Shown here: positions 53,955 to 64,000 of the stretch, piece by piece
How positions within the stretch are numbered: position 1 is the stretch's first letter
Layout of the letters: every line of letters begins with the position of its first letter
Source: Octopus vulgaris
Lineage: Eukaryota
DNA length: 64,000 bases
NCBI GenBank assembly: GCA_951406725.2
Contig: OX597824.1
Coordinates: 43,834,001-43,898,000 of the forward strand
Reading direction: 5' to 3'
Translations under genes and position numbers: made by a program
Notes under the pieces: model-generated
Seen by the model: the letters and a program-made list of their open reading frames with translations, nothing else
Told to the model about the DNA's origin: nothing
The model's database searches: none

Positions 53955-56719
53955 CTTTAGCACAATCTGTAGGATTGTATGTGTGTGTGTGTGTGTGTGT
54001 ATTCATATAGTTGCATGTGCACATAATCTCACTGTCATAATCCTACTATGATCACACACTACTTAATGCTTCTTTGTATATTTCAAATGTTGATATAATT
54101 TTCCATGCTTAAGCACTAATTTTGAAAACATGAAGAAATGTGCCAATGTTACACATAATCCAGTATACAGGAAAAAAGAAATGCACTTCAGTTTAATCCC
54201 TATTGAACTAGTGGACAATTCATTAAGACATTATTGTTACTCTTGCCCAATAAATCAGTGATTAATCCATTTGGAAATGATACTATAATTAATTTAAATA
54301 CAAAATGAAATAAAAAAATTAAAAATAGATAAATTAAGTATCCCACTGACACTATTTCATGTCCTTTATATTACATTACAATAATGCTCTTTAAAATACC
54401 ATGAGCTTGTCATATTCCTTTCCTTTTTAAATCTTGGGCCTATGCCTATGTTATAAACCATTTTTATAGTAGTGGTTACTTAATGTAATGCTAAGTTCAG
54501 AATGAGTAAATGCCTATCTTGTTTTAATTCCAAGTTGAGACACCATCATATATATTTACAGGTATAAGTTAGAGGTGTTTAAAACCTTTAAGGGATGGTT
54601 AAATCCAAAGGCACTCCTGGTGATTAGTTGCGTAGGTACAGTCCTTGGTAAAAGGTATACAGCTGCTGGTGTGTTTACATCCTCATAACTTAGCAGTTCA
54701 GACTTTAAAAAAACTAGTCGATACATTTGACTAAAATTCCAAGGTGGTGCTCCAGCATGGCCACAGTCAAATGGACTGAAGTAAAATATACCTATTAATC
54801 ACACCAAATTTGTTTGCCCATGATTTAGTGTATAGTTAACCTCATTACCATTTTTGAGAGGTTTCATAGTGACTGGTGTTATTTGGAAAGCTAGGGTTAG
54901 GGTTACTTGCAGCCATTCACTTCATTAATGATATCCTTCCCATTTTACTCCCCATAGAATGTGAGTTCTTTGTACTTCGTCTAAAACCTAGTTGTCTAAA
55001 GATACACCATAAAATGACAAAGTAAGAAGGTCTAACTACACTTATAATATGTTGTTATATACTTCGTATATTACAAGTTCAAGTCCTGCTGGTGTCAGTT
55101 TTGCCTTTTATTCTTTGGCAATCAATAAAGCAAGTACTAGTCAAGTACTGAGTCCAATTAAACCGTCTCTGAAATTAGAAGTTATTTTATTTTTTAATCT
55201 ATCAGAAATAATAGTGCCACAAGCAGTACCAGATATAAAATATCTTGTGGCATTTAGCTATTTCCCCATGATTTTAATTTAAATCACACTTAGGTCATTA
55301 AGCTTTCATTAAGTGCTATGGTAAGATGTTTTTTATCTACTTTAATTTTGTTTTTATTTTTTATTCATTTATTTTTTCTCAGTAACAAGAGTTTGCAAAC
55401 AGATTTTAATTACCAGTTAGATTGTTCACTTATATTGCTGAAGCCCTTTGGAAAGGCATGTGCGCCAACATTCCCTCTTAAAAAAATCTCAGGCATAATA
55501 ACTATGTAAGAAACAGTTGTTGTTGTTGTTTTTCAATTTTTTATTTTCATTTTTATCTTTTTATTTTTGTTTTTATTTTTAAATTCTAAATTTTTCTTTT
55601 GTTTCTTTCTATTTTTTCTACTACTACTACCACCACCACCACCACTACTACTACAGTTACTACTATTACTATTACTACTACTTACAGTCATTTTTATTTG
55701 TTTTTGTGTTTTTGATTTTTTGTTTTGTTTTTCTTTCTTTTAGATATTTATGAAAGAAAGATATCTTTCCCTTGCTCACTTCTGTAATTTTATTTTGATT
55801 TTTTTGAATATTCTAATTGTATAATTAATTATTTATTTTCATCACACCATCCTTCTGTTTTTATCTTATTTCTACATCCTTCATATTTCTTCCTTTCTAT
55901 CCACATATTTTCTCCTATTCTTTCCCCCTATTTCCTTTATCTTCTCCCTTCAACTCTAAGTGATTTCTTCCACCCTTTTATTCATATACCCAATCTTTTA
56001 CATTCTCCCTATCCCGTAACATCTCATTCATTAGTTTTTGTTTAGGGTGCTGGCTTTGTAAATAAAATTTCTTACACATATAATATTCATGCTTCAAATT
56101 GTTTTTGTTTTGATTATATTCATATTATCACAGTAGAAAGAATTAGTATCATTATTATTTTGCTGTATTGATGTTGGAAAATATTTATCAAACCATACTT
56201 AACAGAAGAGAAGCAGTTAGAAAGATTCTCTAGGATCAGAATCTTTCTTGTACCTTCTCTCCTATTAAGATCCTTCCTTGCTGTTCTTATCTGTTCTTAC
56301 TTTATATCAAGGACATTTTGGATTATTTTTGCTGATGTGAGTGAAGTTTTCTACACTGCTCCTGCTCCCATATTAAGATCAAGCTTCATAAGATTAACTC
56401 ACAAATTATTTCTTATAGTTCCCAAAACACAAACAATAACTGGCCAGGGTGAACTATTCAAATCTCAAAGAATCCCTCTCAACACATGATGTACCCTCTT
56501 GCCTCCTGCTCATGATCAGAGATGCACATACCATTAGCCACTAAGAGATATACTCTACTGGTTAAGATCAAGCAAATCTATGGTATTGAGCAGAATATTT
56601 TCTGTAGCCCATCTTTTACACCAAGACAAAATTGTATACTTGCAAACACTTCCAATCATTTTAGATCAGAAGCCATGAGAACCATTACTTTGTATTGCAT
56701 CAGGTCTTTTATTTTTATT

Positions 56720-56912
56720 ATTGCATGCCAGACAAAATGCTTTGTGGCATTGTGTCCATATTTACATTCTGAATTCAAATACTCCTCAGATCAATTTTGC
56801 TTTCAATAAAAATAAGTACTAGTCAAGTACTAGAGTTTGCGTAATCGACTTCCCTCTCCTCTCAAAAACTGCTGGCTCTGTGCCAAAATTTGAAACCATT
56901 ATTATTATTATA
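56720..56912 (+). mobile_element. Degraded SINE with (ATT)n tail
   Basis: Same core as the 40.4-41 kb SINEs; ends gaaaccattattatt. Confidence 0.65.
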
Positions 56913-56914
56913 TT

Positions 56915-57446
56915 ATGTTTGACTTTTGCTTTACATTTGTACAAGTTGACTCCAAGTCTCACTCAGAGACCTCAAGAGACAAGTTAGAAGTTCATACTGG
57001 TATTATGCTTAGGGTGCCATATATTTGGTTTTGTATAGTGTTGTTCTAGAGAATGTTTAAGAAACCTCAAGAAAATTATGTTTTTGTTTTAAAATTTGAG
57101 ATTACATAGAAAGTATTTTGCTTAGGATATGGGCAATTCCCATGAGCACTGTCTTTTGAATTTCTGCCATTTTGGGGTTTCCTGGTATCTGAGCTAGGTA
57201 GCAACCAGCCCCTTTTGCTAGCATTCCCAGGACATCTATGACAACAGATTTGGCCTATTTGCATCTATCTATCTGTCAGTTTGAATGGTGAAGTTCCAGA
57301 GGAGTAAGATGTGATCATTTTCAAGCACTGGAGGTGTTTGCGTTCCCACCAGTTTATATCATGGGGAAAGTCCAGGTTTTTGCAAATTACCCAGTGAATA
57401 TATTGTGCAGCTGTATCATGTCTGTTGAGATACTCTGTAGGAGCAA

Positions 57447-57447
<1 letters not shown>
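56915..57447 (-). mobile_element. R4/Dong-clade non-LTR retrotransposon, short 5'-truncated copy with internal deletion
   Basis: Encodes APTEYLNRHDTAAQYIHWVICK. 3'UTR closely similar to the copy at 57752. Flanked by (TAA)n. Confidence 0.85.
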
Positions 57448-57486
<39 letters not shown>

Positions 57487-57488
<2 letters not shown>

Positions 57489-57689
57489 GGTGGTAAGCTG
57501 GTAGAATCGTTAGCATGCCAGGCAAAATGCTTCACAGCATTTCATCCACCTTAACGTTCTCAGTTCAAATTCCACCAAGGTCTTCTTTGCCTTTCATCCT
57601 TTCAGGATCAATAAATTCAGTACCAGTTGAGTATTGGGGTCGATGTAATCAACTATCCCTCTCCTCCAAATTTCAGGCCACGTGAAAGG

Positions 57690-57750
<61 letters not shown>
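57487..57750 (+). mobile_element. SINE with long (ATT)n tail
   Basis: aaggtggtaagctggtagaatcgttagc...cagttcaaattccaccaagg...gtaccagttgagtattggggtcgat..., followed by (ATT)n. Confidence 0.75.
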
Positions 57751-57751
<1 letters not shown>

Positions 57752-57753
<2 letters not shown>

Positions 57754-59507
57754 GTTTGACTTTTGCTTTATATTTGTACAAGTTGGCTCCAAGTCTCATC
57801 CAGAGACCTCAAGAGACAACAGATTGGAAGTTCGTGATGTTGTTATGCCTAGTGTGCCATATATTTGGTTTTGTATTTAGTGTTGTACTAGTGAATGTCA
57901 AAAAAAAAAATGAAAATTATGTTTGTTTTAAAACTTGAGATTACATAGAAAGTATTTTGCATAGGATATGAGCAGTTCCCATGAGCACTATCTTTTGAAT
58001 TTCTGCCATTTTGGGGTTTCCTGGTATCTGAGTTAGGTAGCGATCAGCCCCTTTTGCTAGCATTCCTAGGGCACCTATGACAACAGCTATTGTTTTAGTC
58101 TTCAGGTTCCACATTTTGATGATTTCTATTTCAAGATCTTTATATTTGCTCAGTTTTTGGTAGGTCTTGACAGATACGTTTATATCGATTGGGACAGTCG
58201 TATCAATGAGGAGGCATGATTTTTGTTTGAAGTCTTTCAATATGATGTCTGACCTATTTGCATCTATCATTCTGTCAGTTTGAATGGTGAAGTTCCAGAG
58301 GAGTGAGATGTGGTCATTTACAAGCACTGGAGGTGGATTGTGTTCCCACCAGTTTATATCATGGGGCAAATCCAGGTTTTTGCAGATTACCCAGTGGATT
58401 TATTGTGCAGCTCTATCATGCCTGTTGAGATACTCTGTAGGCGCTAGAAGACTGCACTTGGAGACAACATGATCAATGGTTTCATTTTGTTGTTGACATA
58501 CACGATATGTTGGGCTACTGCCATTCTTTAATATGTTGGCCTGGTAGTTCCTTGTTGGTAGGCATTGATCTTGAGCTGCTATGATAAACCCTTCTGTTTC
58601 AGATTTTAAGCCAGAGGCCATTAGCCATTGACGGGTCAGGGCTTTGTCAACATCTGCATTATTCGCTCTCTTTGGGTATTTGCCATAGAGAAGTTTTTCT
58701 TGCCATTTATCATTCAGAATATCTAAGGCAGCAGTTTTAGCACGGGTTTTCATGTGTTTAGCTTTTTCTGTGCTTGTTTCTTGTATGTCTAATTCCGAAA
58801 TTTGTTGTATTCGGAATTCACTTAGATATTCCTTTGCCTGTTTTGTTACTGAGTACGATGCTTTCTTGTTTTCATGTTTTGAGACAAGTTATAACATCCA
58901 GTCCTCAGATTTTTTCAGGTAGGTGTCTAGGCCAATTGTAGCAATCTTCATTGTTATTACCAGTTGTAAAAGTCCACGGCTTCCTTCTTTTCTTGGCAGA
59001 TACAGTCGTTCTATATCTGCCTTAGGGTGGTGCATTCTATGCATTGTCAACAGTTTTCGTATTTTTCTGTTGAGATTACATATTTCAGTAATTGACCAGT
59101 TAATGATATTGAAACTGTAAGTCACGACTGGTATGGCTAATGCATTGATCGCTTTGATCCTGTTTCTCGCATTCAGCTCTGTCTTGAGTATTGCTCTTAC
59201 TCTGCGATAACATTCTCTCCTGATCCTTTCCTTCATCACTGAATGCCTTATTCCGTCCCCTTCAATTACCCCTAGGTACTTGTAGCTCTCCACTGGGTCT
59301 AATTCTTTTATGACATTCTGCTGGTCAAAGTTAACGTTAGATGTTTCTGTCATTTTTCCTTTGATAAAGGTAGCTTTTGCACATTTATCGAGGCCAAATT
59401 GCATTCTGATGTCATCACTGAATTGTTTAACAATCACTAGTAGTCATTTTTTGCAAAGAGCTTTAAATCATCCATGTAAATGAGATGATTTATATTTTTA
59501 TCAAACA
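57752..59507 (-). mobile_element. R4/Dong-clade RLE non-LTR retrotransposon, 5'-truncated and disrupted
   Basis: Has YMDDLKLF, a degenerate zinc knuckle (YRVC...HVVSKC), RHD and RLE (NRSDII...LIDTTVP...KLSKY). Premature stops at ~58400 and ~58889. Flanked by (TAA)n. Confidence 0.9.
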
Positions 59508-59529
59508 TTTTATTATTTATTATTATTTA

Positions 59530-59564
<35 letters not shown>

Positions 59565-59590
59565 GTTATTATTATTATTATTATTATTAC

Positions 59591-61743
59591 TTTTTTTTTT
59601 CTTCTTTCAAATTTGCTTCCATTTCTTGCCGAGTGTCTTCCCGACTCCTGGGCAAAGAAACTCATAGTATACATTGGTAGGCCATTAAACCAAACTCAAT
59701 AGTTCGTTCATTTTTTTTTTTTTAAGTTAAATTAAAATACATGAGCAGCAACAGTTCTCACATCGACAATGCTCTTCTCAATACGTGTGATGTACCAGTT
59801 AAGACAATCTTTTGCACTTCTTGCAGGGATGGTAAGCCAGGGATCATTCTCATATAATTTTCGGTTCCCTTCTTGATCATTCCTAGTGCTCCTACGATCA
59901 CTGGTATTGTAACCGCCTTGAGATGCCACATTTTCTCAATTTCAATGAGTAGGTCTTTATATTTTCTGAGCTTGTCAAACTCTTTCGCTGAGATATTATG
60001 ATCACAGGGGATGCTCATGTCGATCAATAAGCAAACTTTATTGTTTTGGTCTTTCACAACAATATCTGGTTTATTGGCCTTGATGGTTCGGTCTGTATGT
60101 ACTGGAAAGTCCCACAGAATGGTTACATTTTCTCCTTCAGTTACAGCCTCAGGGTGGTGATTATACCACTTGTCGGCAGTTTTGATATTGTAATGCCGAC
60201 TTATTAGCCAGTGTAGACATTGGCCAACTCTGTCATGTCTTAATTTATACTCCACTGGAGCTAAGACTTTACATCCAGAGATTAGGTGCTCCACTGTTTC
60301 AATCATGTCGTTGCAGAATCGGCATTTTGGGTCTGCTCCATTTTTCATCACATTGGCCTGGTAGTTCTGGGTTAATAGGCTTTGATCTTGAGCAGCCAGG
60401 ATGAAACCTTCGCTCTCTGCTTTTAGCCCTGAGCTCCGTAGCCACTGATGGGTTTGCTTCTGGTCAACATCAGCTTGTTTGCTGCGGGTCACATATTTGC
60501 CATGCAGAGGTTTCTCCTCCCACCTATCAGCCAATTGCCCGTGCGCTTTTTTCGTTGCCATTATTTTCACCTTCTTTGCAACAATAATTGCCGTACTTCC
60601 CTCGGGTTCTTCTGTTTGGGTATCCTGCACGAGATCAATAGCAAATTTTTTGCTTTCCTTTATAATAGAATGAAGCTTCTTTCGTCTCTCGTGATTTTCC
60701 ACGAGCTTTAGCATCCAGTCATTCGATATTTCGAGATATTTGGCCAGTCCAATTGTGGTTGTTTTGTAAGCTAGTTCAAATTGGATCAGGCCTCGACCTC
60801 CTTGGGCTCTGGGAAGGTAAAGGCGATCTACGTCTGCCTTTGGGTGGTGCATCCTATTACAACTCAGCAGCTTGCGTATTTTCCTATCTATATTCTTTAC
60901 TTCACTCATATTCCAGTTCAACACATTGTAGCTATAAGTAACAACTGGAACTGCTAAGGAATTTATAGCTAACACCTTGTTACGTGCATTTAGTTCAGAT
61001 TTCAGGACTGCACGAACTCTCCTATAACATTCCTTCCTGATCTTCTCTTTCATGCTTGCATGCTGAATACCAGAGCCTTCATTTATCCCTAAATATTTGT
61101 ATGTTTGTTCTTGCTCAAGCTCTCTTATGACTGTGTCAACATCTAACACGACTGAATTTGTGGTCTTCACTTTCCCTTTCTGGAAAGTGGCCTTGGCACA
61201 CTTCTCAAGTCCAAACTCCATCCCGATGTCATCGCTGAATGCTTTCACAGTGCACAATAGGCCTTCAAGTTCATTATTGTCTTTACCATAAAGTTTTAAG
61301 TCATCCATATAAAATAGATGGCTTATTTTTTTATTGGCAATTTTATACCCATACCCTGTTCTGTTTAATTCACTTGTAAGGGGTATTAGGGCTATGCAGA
61401 ATATTAAAGGTGAAAGTGAGTCACCTTGAAAAATTCCACAGTTGATGTTTATATTTTCTGAGGCAAGTACTCCATTAGAGTGGTATAATTGGAGATTCGT
61501 ATTCCACAACGACATATTGTGCTTCAGGAAGTTTGAAATCACAGGGGAAATTTTGAAGATGTCCAGCGATCTCAAGATCCATGGATGCGGTATACTGTCG
61601 AAGGCCTTTTTATAGTCAATCCATGCGGTGCTGAGATTTCTGCGCTTGTTGTGACAGTTCTCAAGGATCATACGATTGATTAGCAGTTGATCTTTGCATC
61701 CGTAAGAGCCTCGGCGGCACCCTTTTTGTTCAATGGGGAAAAT
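59591..61743 (-). mobile_element. R4/Dong-clade RLE non-LTR retrotransposon, 5'-truncated, uninterrupted ORF
   Basis: Flanked on both sides by (TAA)n. Its 3'UTR differs from those of the other two copies. Confidence 0.92.
59758..61743 (-). CDS. RT-zinc knuckle-restriction-like endonuclease polyprotein (partial, retrotransposon)
   Basis: The 637-aa ORF extends in frame 24 codons upstream (IFPIEQKGCRRGSYGCKDQLLINR) to the truncation point. Motifs: DYKKAFDS, GIFQGDSLSP, YMDD, CRFC..HLISGC, RHD, KPDIV...LIDMSIP...KLRKY. Confidence 0.9.
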   Translation of the reverse strand: MFPIEQKGCRRGSYGCKDQLLINRMILENCHNKRRNLSTAWIDYKKAFDSIPHPWILRSLDIFKISPVISNFLKHNMSLWNTNLQLYHSNGVLASENININCGIFQGDSLSPLIFCIALIPLTSELNRTGYGYKIANKKISHLFYMDDLKLYGKDNNELEGLLCTVKAFSDDIGMEFGLEKCAKATFQKGKVKTTNSVVLDVDTVIRELEQEQTYKYLGINEGSGIQHASMKEKIRKECYRRVRAVLKSELNARNKVLAINSLAVPVVTYSYNVLNWNMSEVKNIDRKIRKLLSCNRMHHPKADVDRLYLPRAQGGRGLIQFELAYKTTTIGLAKYLEISNDWMLKLVENHERRKKLHSIIKESKKFAIDLVQDTQTEEPEGSTAIIVAKKVKIMATKKAHGQLADRWEEKPLHGKYVTRSKQADVDQKQTHQWLRSSGLKAESEGFILAAQDQSLLTQNYQANVMKNGADPKCRFCNDMIETVEHLISGCKVLAPVEYKLRHDRVGQCLHWLISRHYNIKTADKWYNHHPEAVTEGENVTILWDFPVHTDRTIKANKPDIVVKDQNNKVCLLIDMSIPCDHNISAKEFDKLRKYKDLLIEIEKMWHLKAVTIPVIVGALGMIKKGTENYMRMIPGLPSLQEVQKIVLTGTSHVLRRALSM

Positions 61744-62619
61744 ATTATTATTATTATTATTATCATTATTATTATTATTTTTACAATAGTTCCAGGCAAG
61801 CTTCTATGGCATCACTAGGTGTTCCTCTGTATCCCTGAGATGTGGGCCACATTGCTTTCTAGGAGTGTTGGATTGCATTTGTTTTTTACGTTTTGCTTTT
61901 ATTTTTTTATAGTGTTACTGTAATATTTTGTCAATCATTTGTGTAGAATATATGCAACGTAAGCTGTCTCATTTTATTGGTTGGTGATTGCATTTTGTAT
62001 GTGTTAATTGTGTTGTGATTGCATCATGTAGTGACTGTGCTTCATATTATTGTTTTGTAAACATTGTATTAGACAGTTTTTGTTATTGGTCAGGTGGTGA
62101 TTGCATTTCATATGAAGTGTTATTTGTGTTACTGAGCCAAGTGGTAATCGCTGGTTCTCAATTTCTTTTGATTTCATGGCACACTGGAAATCAAGTAAAT
62201 TAAATATTACTGGTACATTTTGATTAGAAAATTTAAAATCAAATTAAATGTTTTAATGTTAAAAATTCAGAAAACATGTAAAACTACTGCTTACTTTGTT
62301 TTAGTAATTATACTTGTGTATGATTCATGATTATGGAGAAATAACAGACTTTGTCAATTGGCAGCATACTGTATGGGAGAAGACCTGCATTCTACCTGTT
62401 CAAGCATAGCAAAATGGGTGGCTTAAATACTCTCATTGCACTCTTCTTTTGTCTTCAACCCTGCTCTTTTACCTGCACTGATCCTCTCTGCTTTTTCATC
62501 TCCTTGGCACTCTCCCCTTTCTTTTTCTATTACACACTCCAGCCTCCTAATTTTCTCTCATATAACATGGGATTGCACTGACTCTCTCCCCACTCCATCA
62601 TCCTCATCACTATCTCTCT

Positions 62620-64000
62620 CTCAGAGTGAAAGGTAGTATGGACAATGCTTGTATATGAAAAGCTATGATACTTGGTAGTGAAACAGAGGCAATGAATGTA
62701 GAGGACATGTAATGACTAGAAAGTGATGAAGTTATCATGTTCTACTAGCTAGCTATTCATTGTCAGTGTGTGTGCACATAGGACAAAGTGCAAATGTGCT
62801 GAGAATAAAACTGGTCATAAAAGTTACCAAATGTAGTATGCAAGAGAGAAGACTGTGCTGGCATGGTCATGTGATGCATATGGATAAGAACAGCCGCTTT
62901 AAGAAGTACCAGCCATTAAATGTGGATGAAACTCATGGTAGGGGGAAATCCAGGAAGATGGAAATGAAATAGTGAAGTCTAACCTCAGGCCGTTGAGCCT
63001 CACAGGAGGAGATGACAAAGATCTGAAATGATTGATGATTTGCTGTGCTCAAGAAAACACATCTGCTGCAGCAAAAATGAGGTCCTAAAAGCACATATTT
63101 ACATCTGTAACCTTGCACCCAATCTATACCAGTCAAGCTTTCTCCACAATTCATCCATTGCTTCAACATACTTTTAATACAGCACTATTTACTCAGCCAC
63201 TATAATTATATAAGATTAGAACTACACACTTTTGTGCTACCAGTTCTGCCTCTCCTTGGAATCACTTTTCTTGTTACCTATCCCACGTTCTCATTGTCAT
63301 CCCTTACCACTCTATTTTCCACTGAACACCAACAGGCCTCTTCACTTTCATTTGTCACTCTCATTATATCCATCCTTACAAACCTCTGACCTTCATGTCT
63401 GTCACTATGCATCCCACTCTCTTACCCACATTTCACATCACCTCCATATTTCTCATCTGTCTACAGTCTTATTATACTGTGCTCACCATGTTCACCATTT
63501 TCTGCATTCACCTCAATCGCCATCTCTAACACTCTTGCAGTCCTACCCACCCAGCCCTCATTATTTTGTTGACCTGTTCTCTCTTACATCTACATGCTTT
63601 TTCCTTAAGGGTATACCCTGACACCTCATCCCCACCATTCTTTTTCCCTTTCCAGAGTAGCCATGTATCTTCTCTGCAGCAAGACATATGTTCCTATTCC
63701 TCTCATACTTTAGCTTCTCAACACCTGGCACAAAGCCTTCTCCTTCCATATTGCATCCCTACTCAACCAAGGCGTCATGTGAGTTACATAGTGACCTTAC
63801 TAGTGTAAGTACCACAAAAAAAGTATTCAGTACACTCTGTTAAGTGGCTGGCATTAAGAAGGGTATCCAGTCATAGAAACAATACTCAAAGCAGTTGTTG
63901 GAGCTCAACACAGTCCTCTGGCACATCAGATCCTCTTGAACCATCTAACCTATGCTTGCATGGAACAAGGACGTTAAATGAAGATTATGATGAGGAAGAT
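62620..64000 (+). mobile_element. Degraded RTE LINE C-terminus and 3' region
   Basis: MQERRLCWHGHVMHMD...GRGKSRK. Followed by a CT-rich tract and the terminal repeat shared with 3835 and 15465. Confidence 0.7.

Noticed and set aside
54891-54905. Interstitial telomeric repeat (TTAGGG)
   Set aside because: Only about two units, consistent with chance.

Overview
AT-rich, microsatellite-dense animal genomic DNA. The SINE, RTE and mariner repertoire and the channel sequence suggest a coleoid cephalopod, probably an octopus (inference). The only host gene I can support is the 3' half of a Nav1-type voltage-gated sodium channel alpha subunit on the + strand. It has 8 exons between 8215 and 27479, covering DIII S1-S2 loop through DIV and the C-terminus, with filter residues K (DIII) and A (DIV), an MFMT inactivation motif, and IQ and PPxY motifs. 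One intron needs a non-canonical GC donor. The introns hold mariner, pogo, hAT, RTE and SINE fossils. After the stop codon, about 26 kb is almost free of transposons and contains GC-richer structured islands with seed matches to conserved miRNAs, which makes it a candidate very long 3'UTR. The last 7 kb holds three R4/Dong-clade RLE retrotransposons inserted in (TAA)n tracts, two of which are SINE tails; one copy has an uninterrupted RT-RLE ORF. No new biological system is proven from sequence alone. The best leads are the post-transcriptional layer on the Nav gene (GC/GT tandem donor, candidate poison exon and recursive splice site, structured 3'UTR islands) and the SINE-tail/Dong targeting arrangement.
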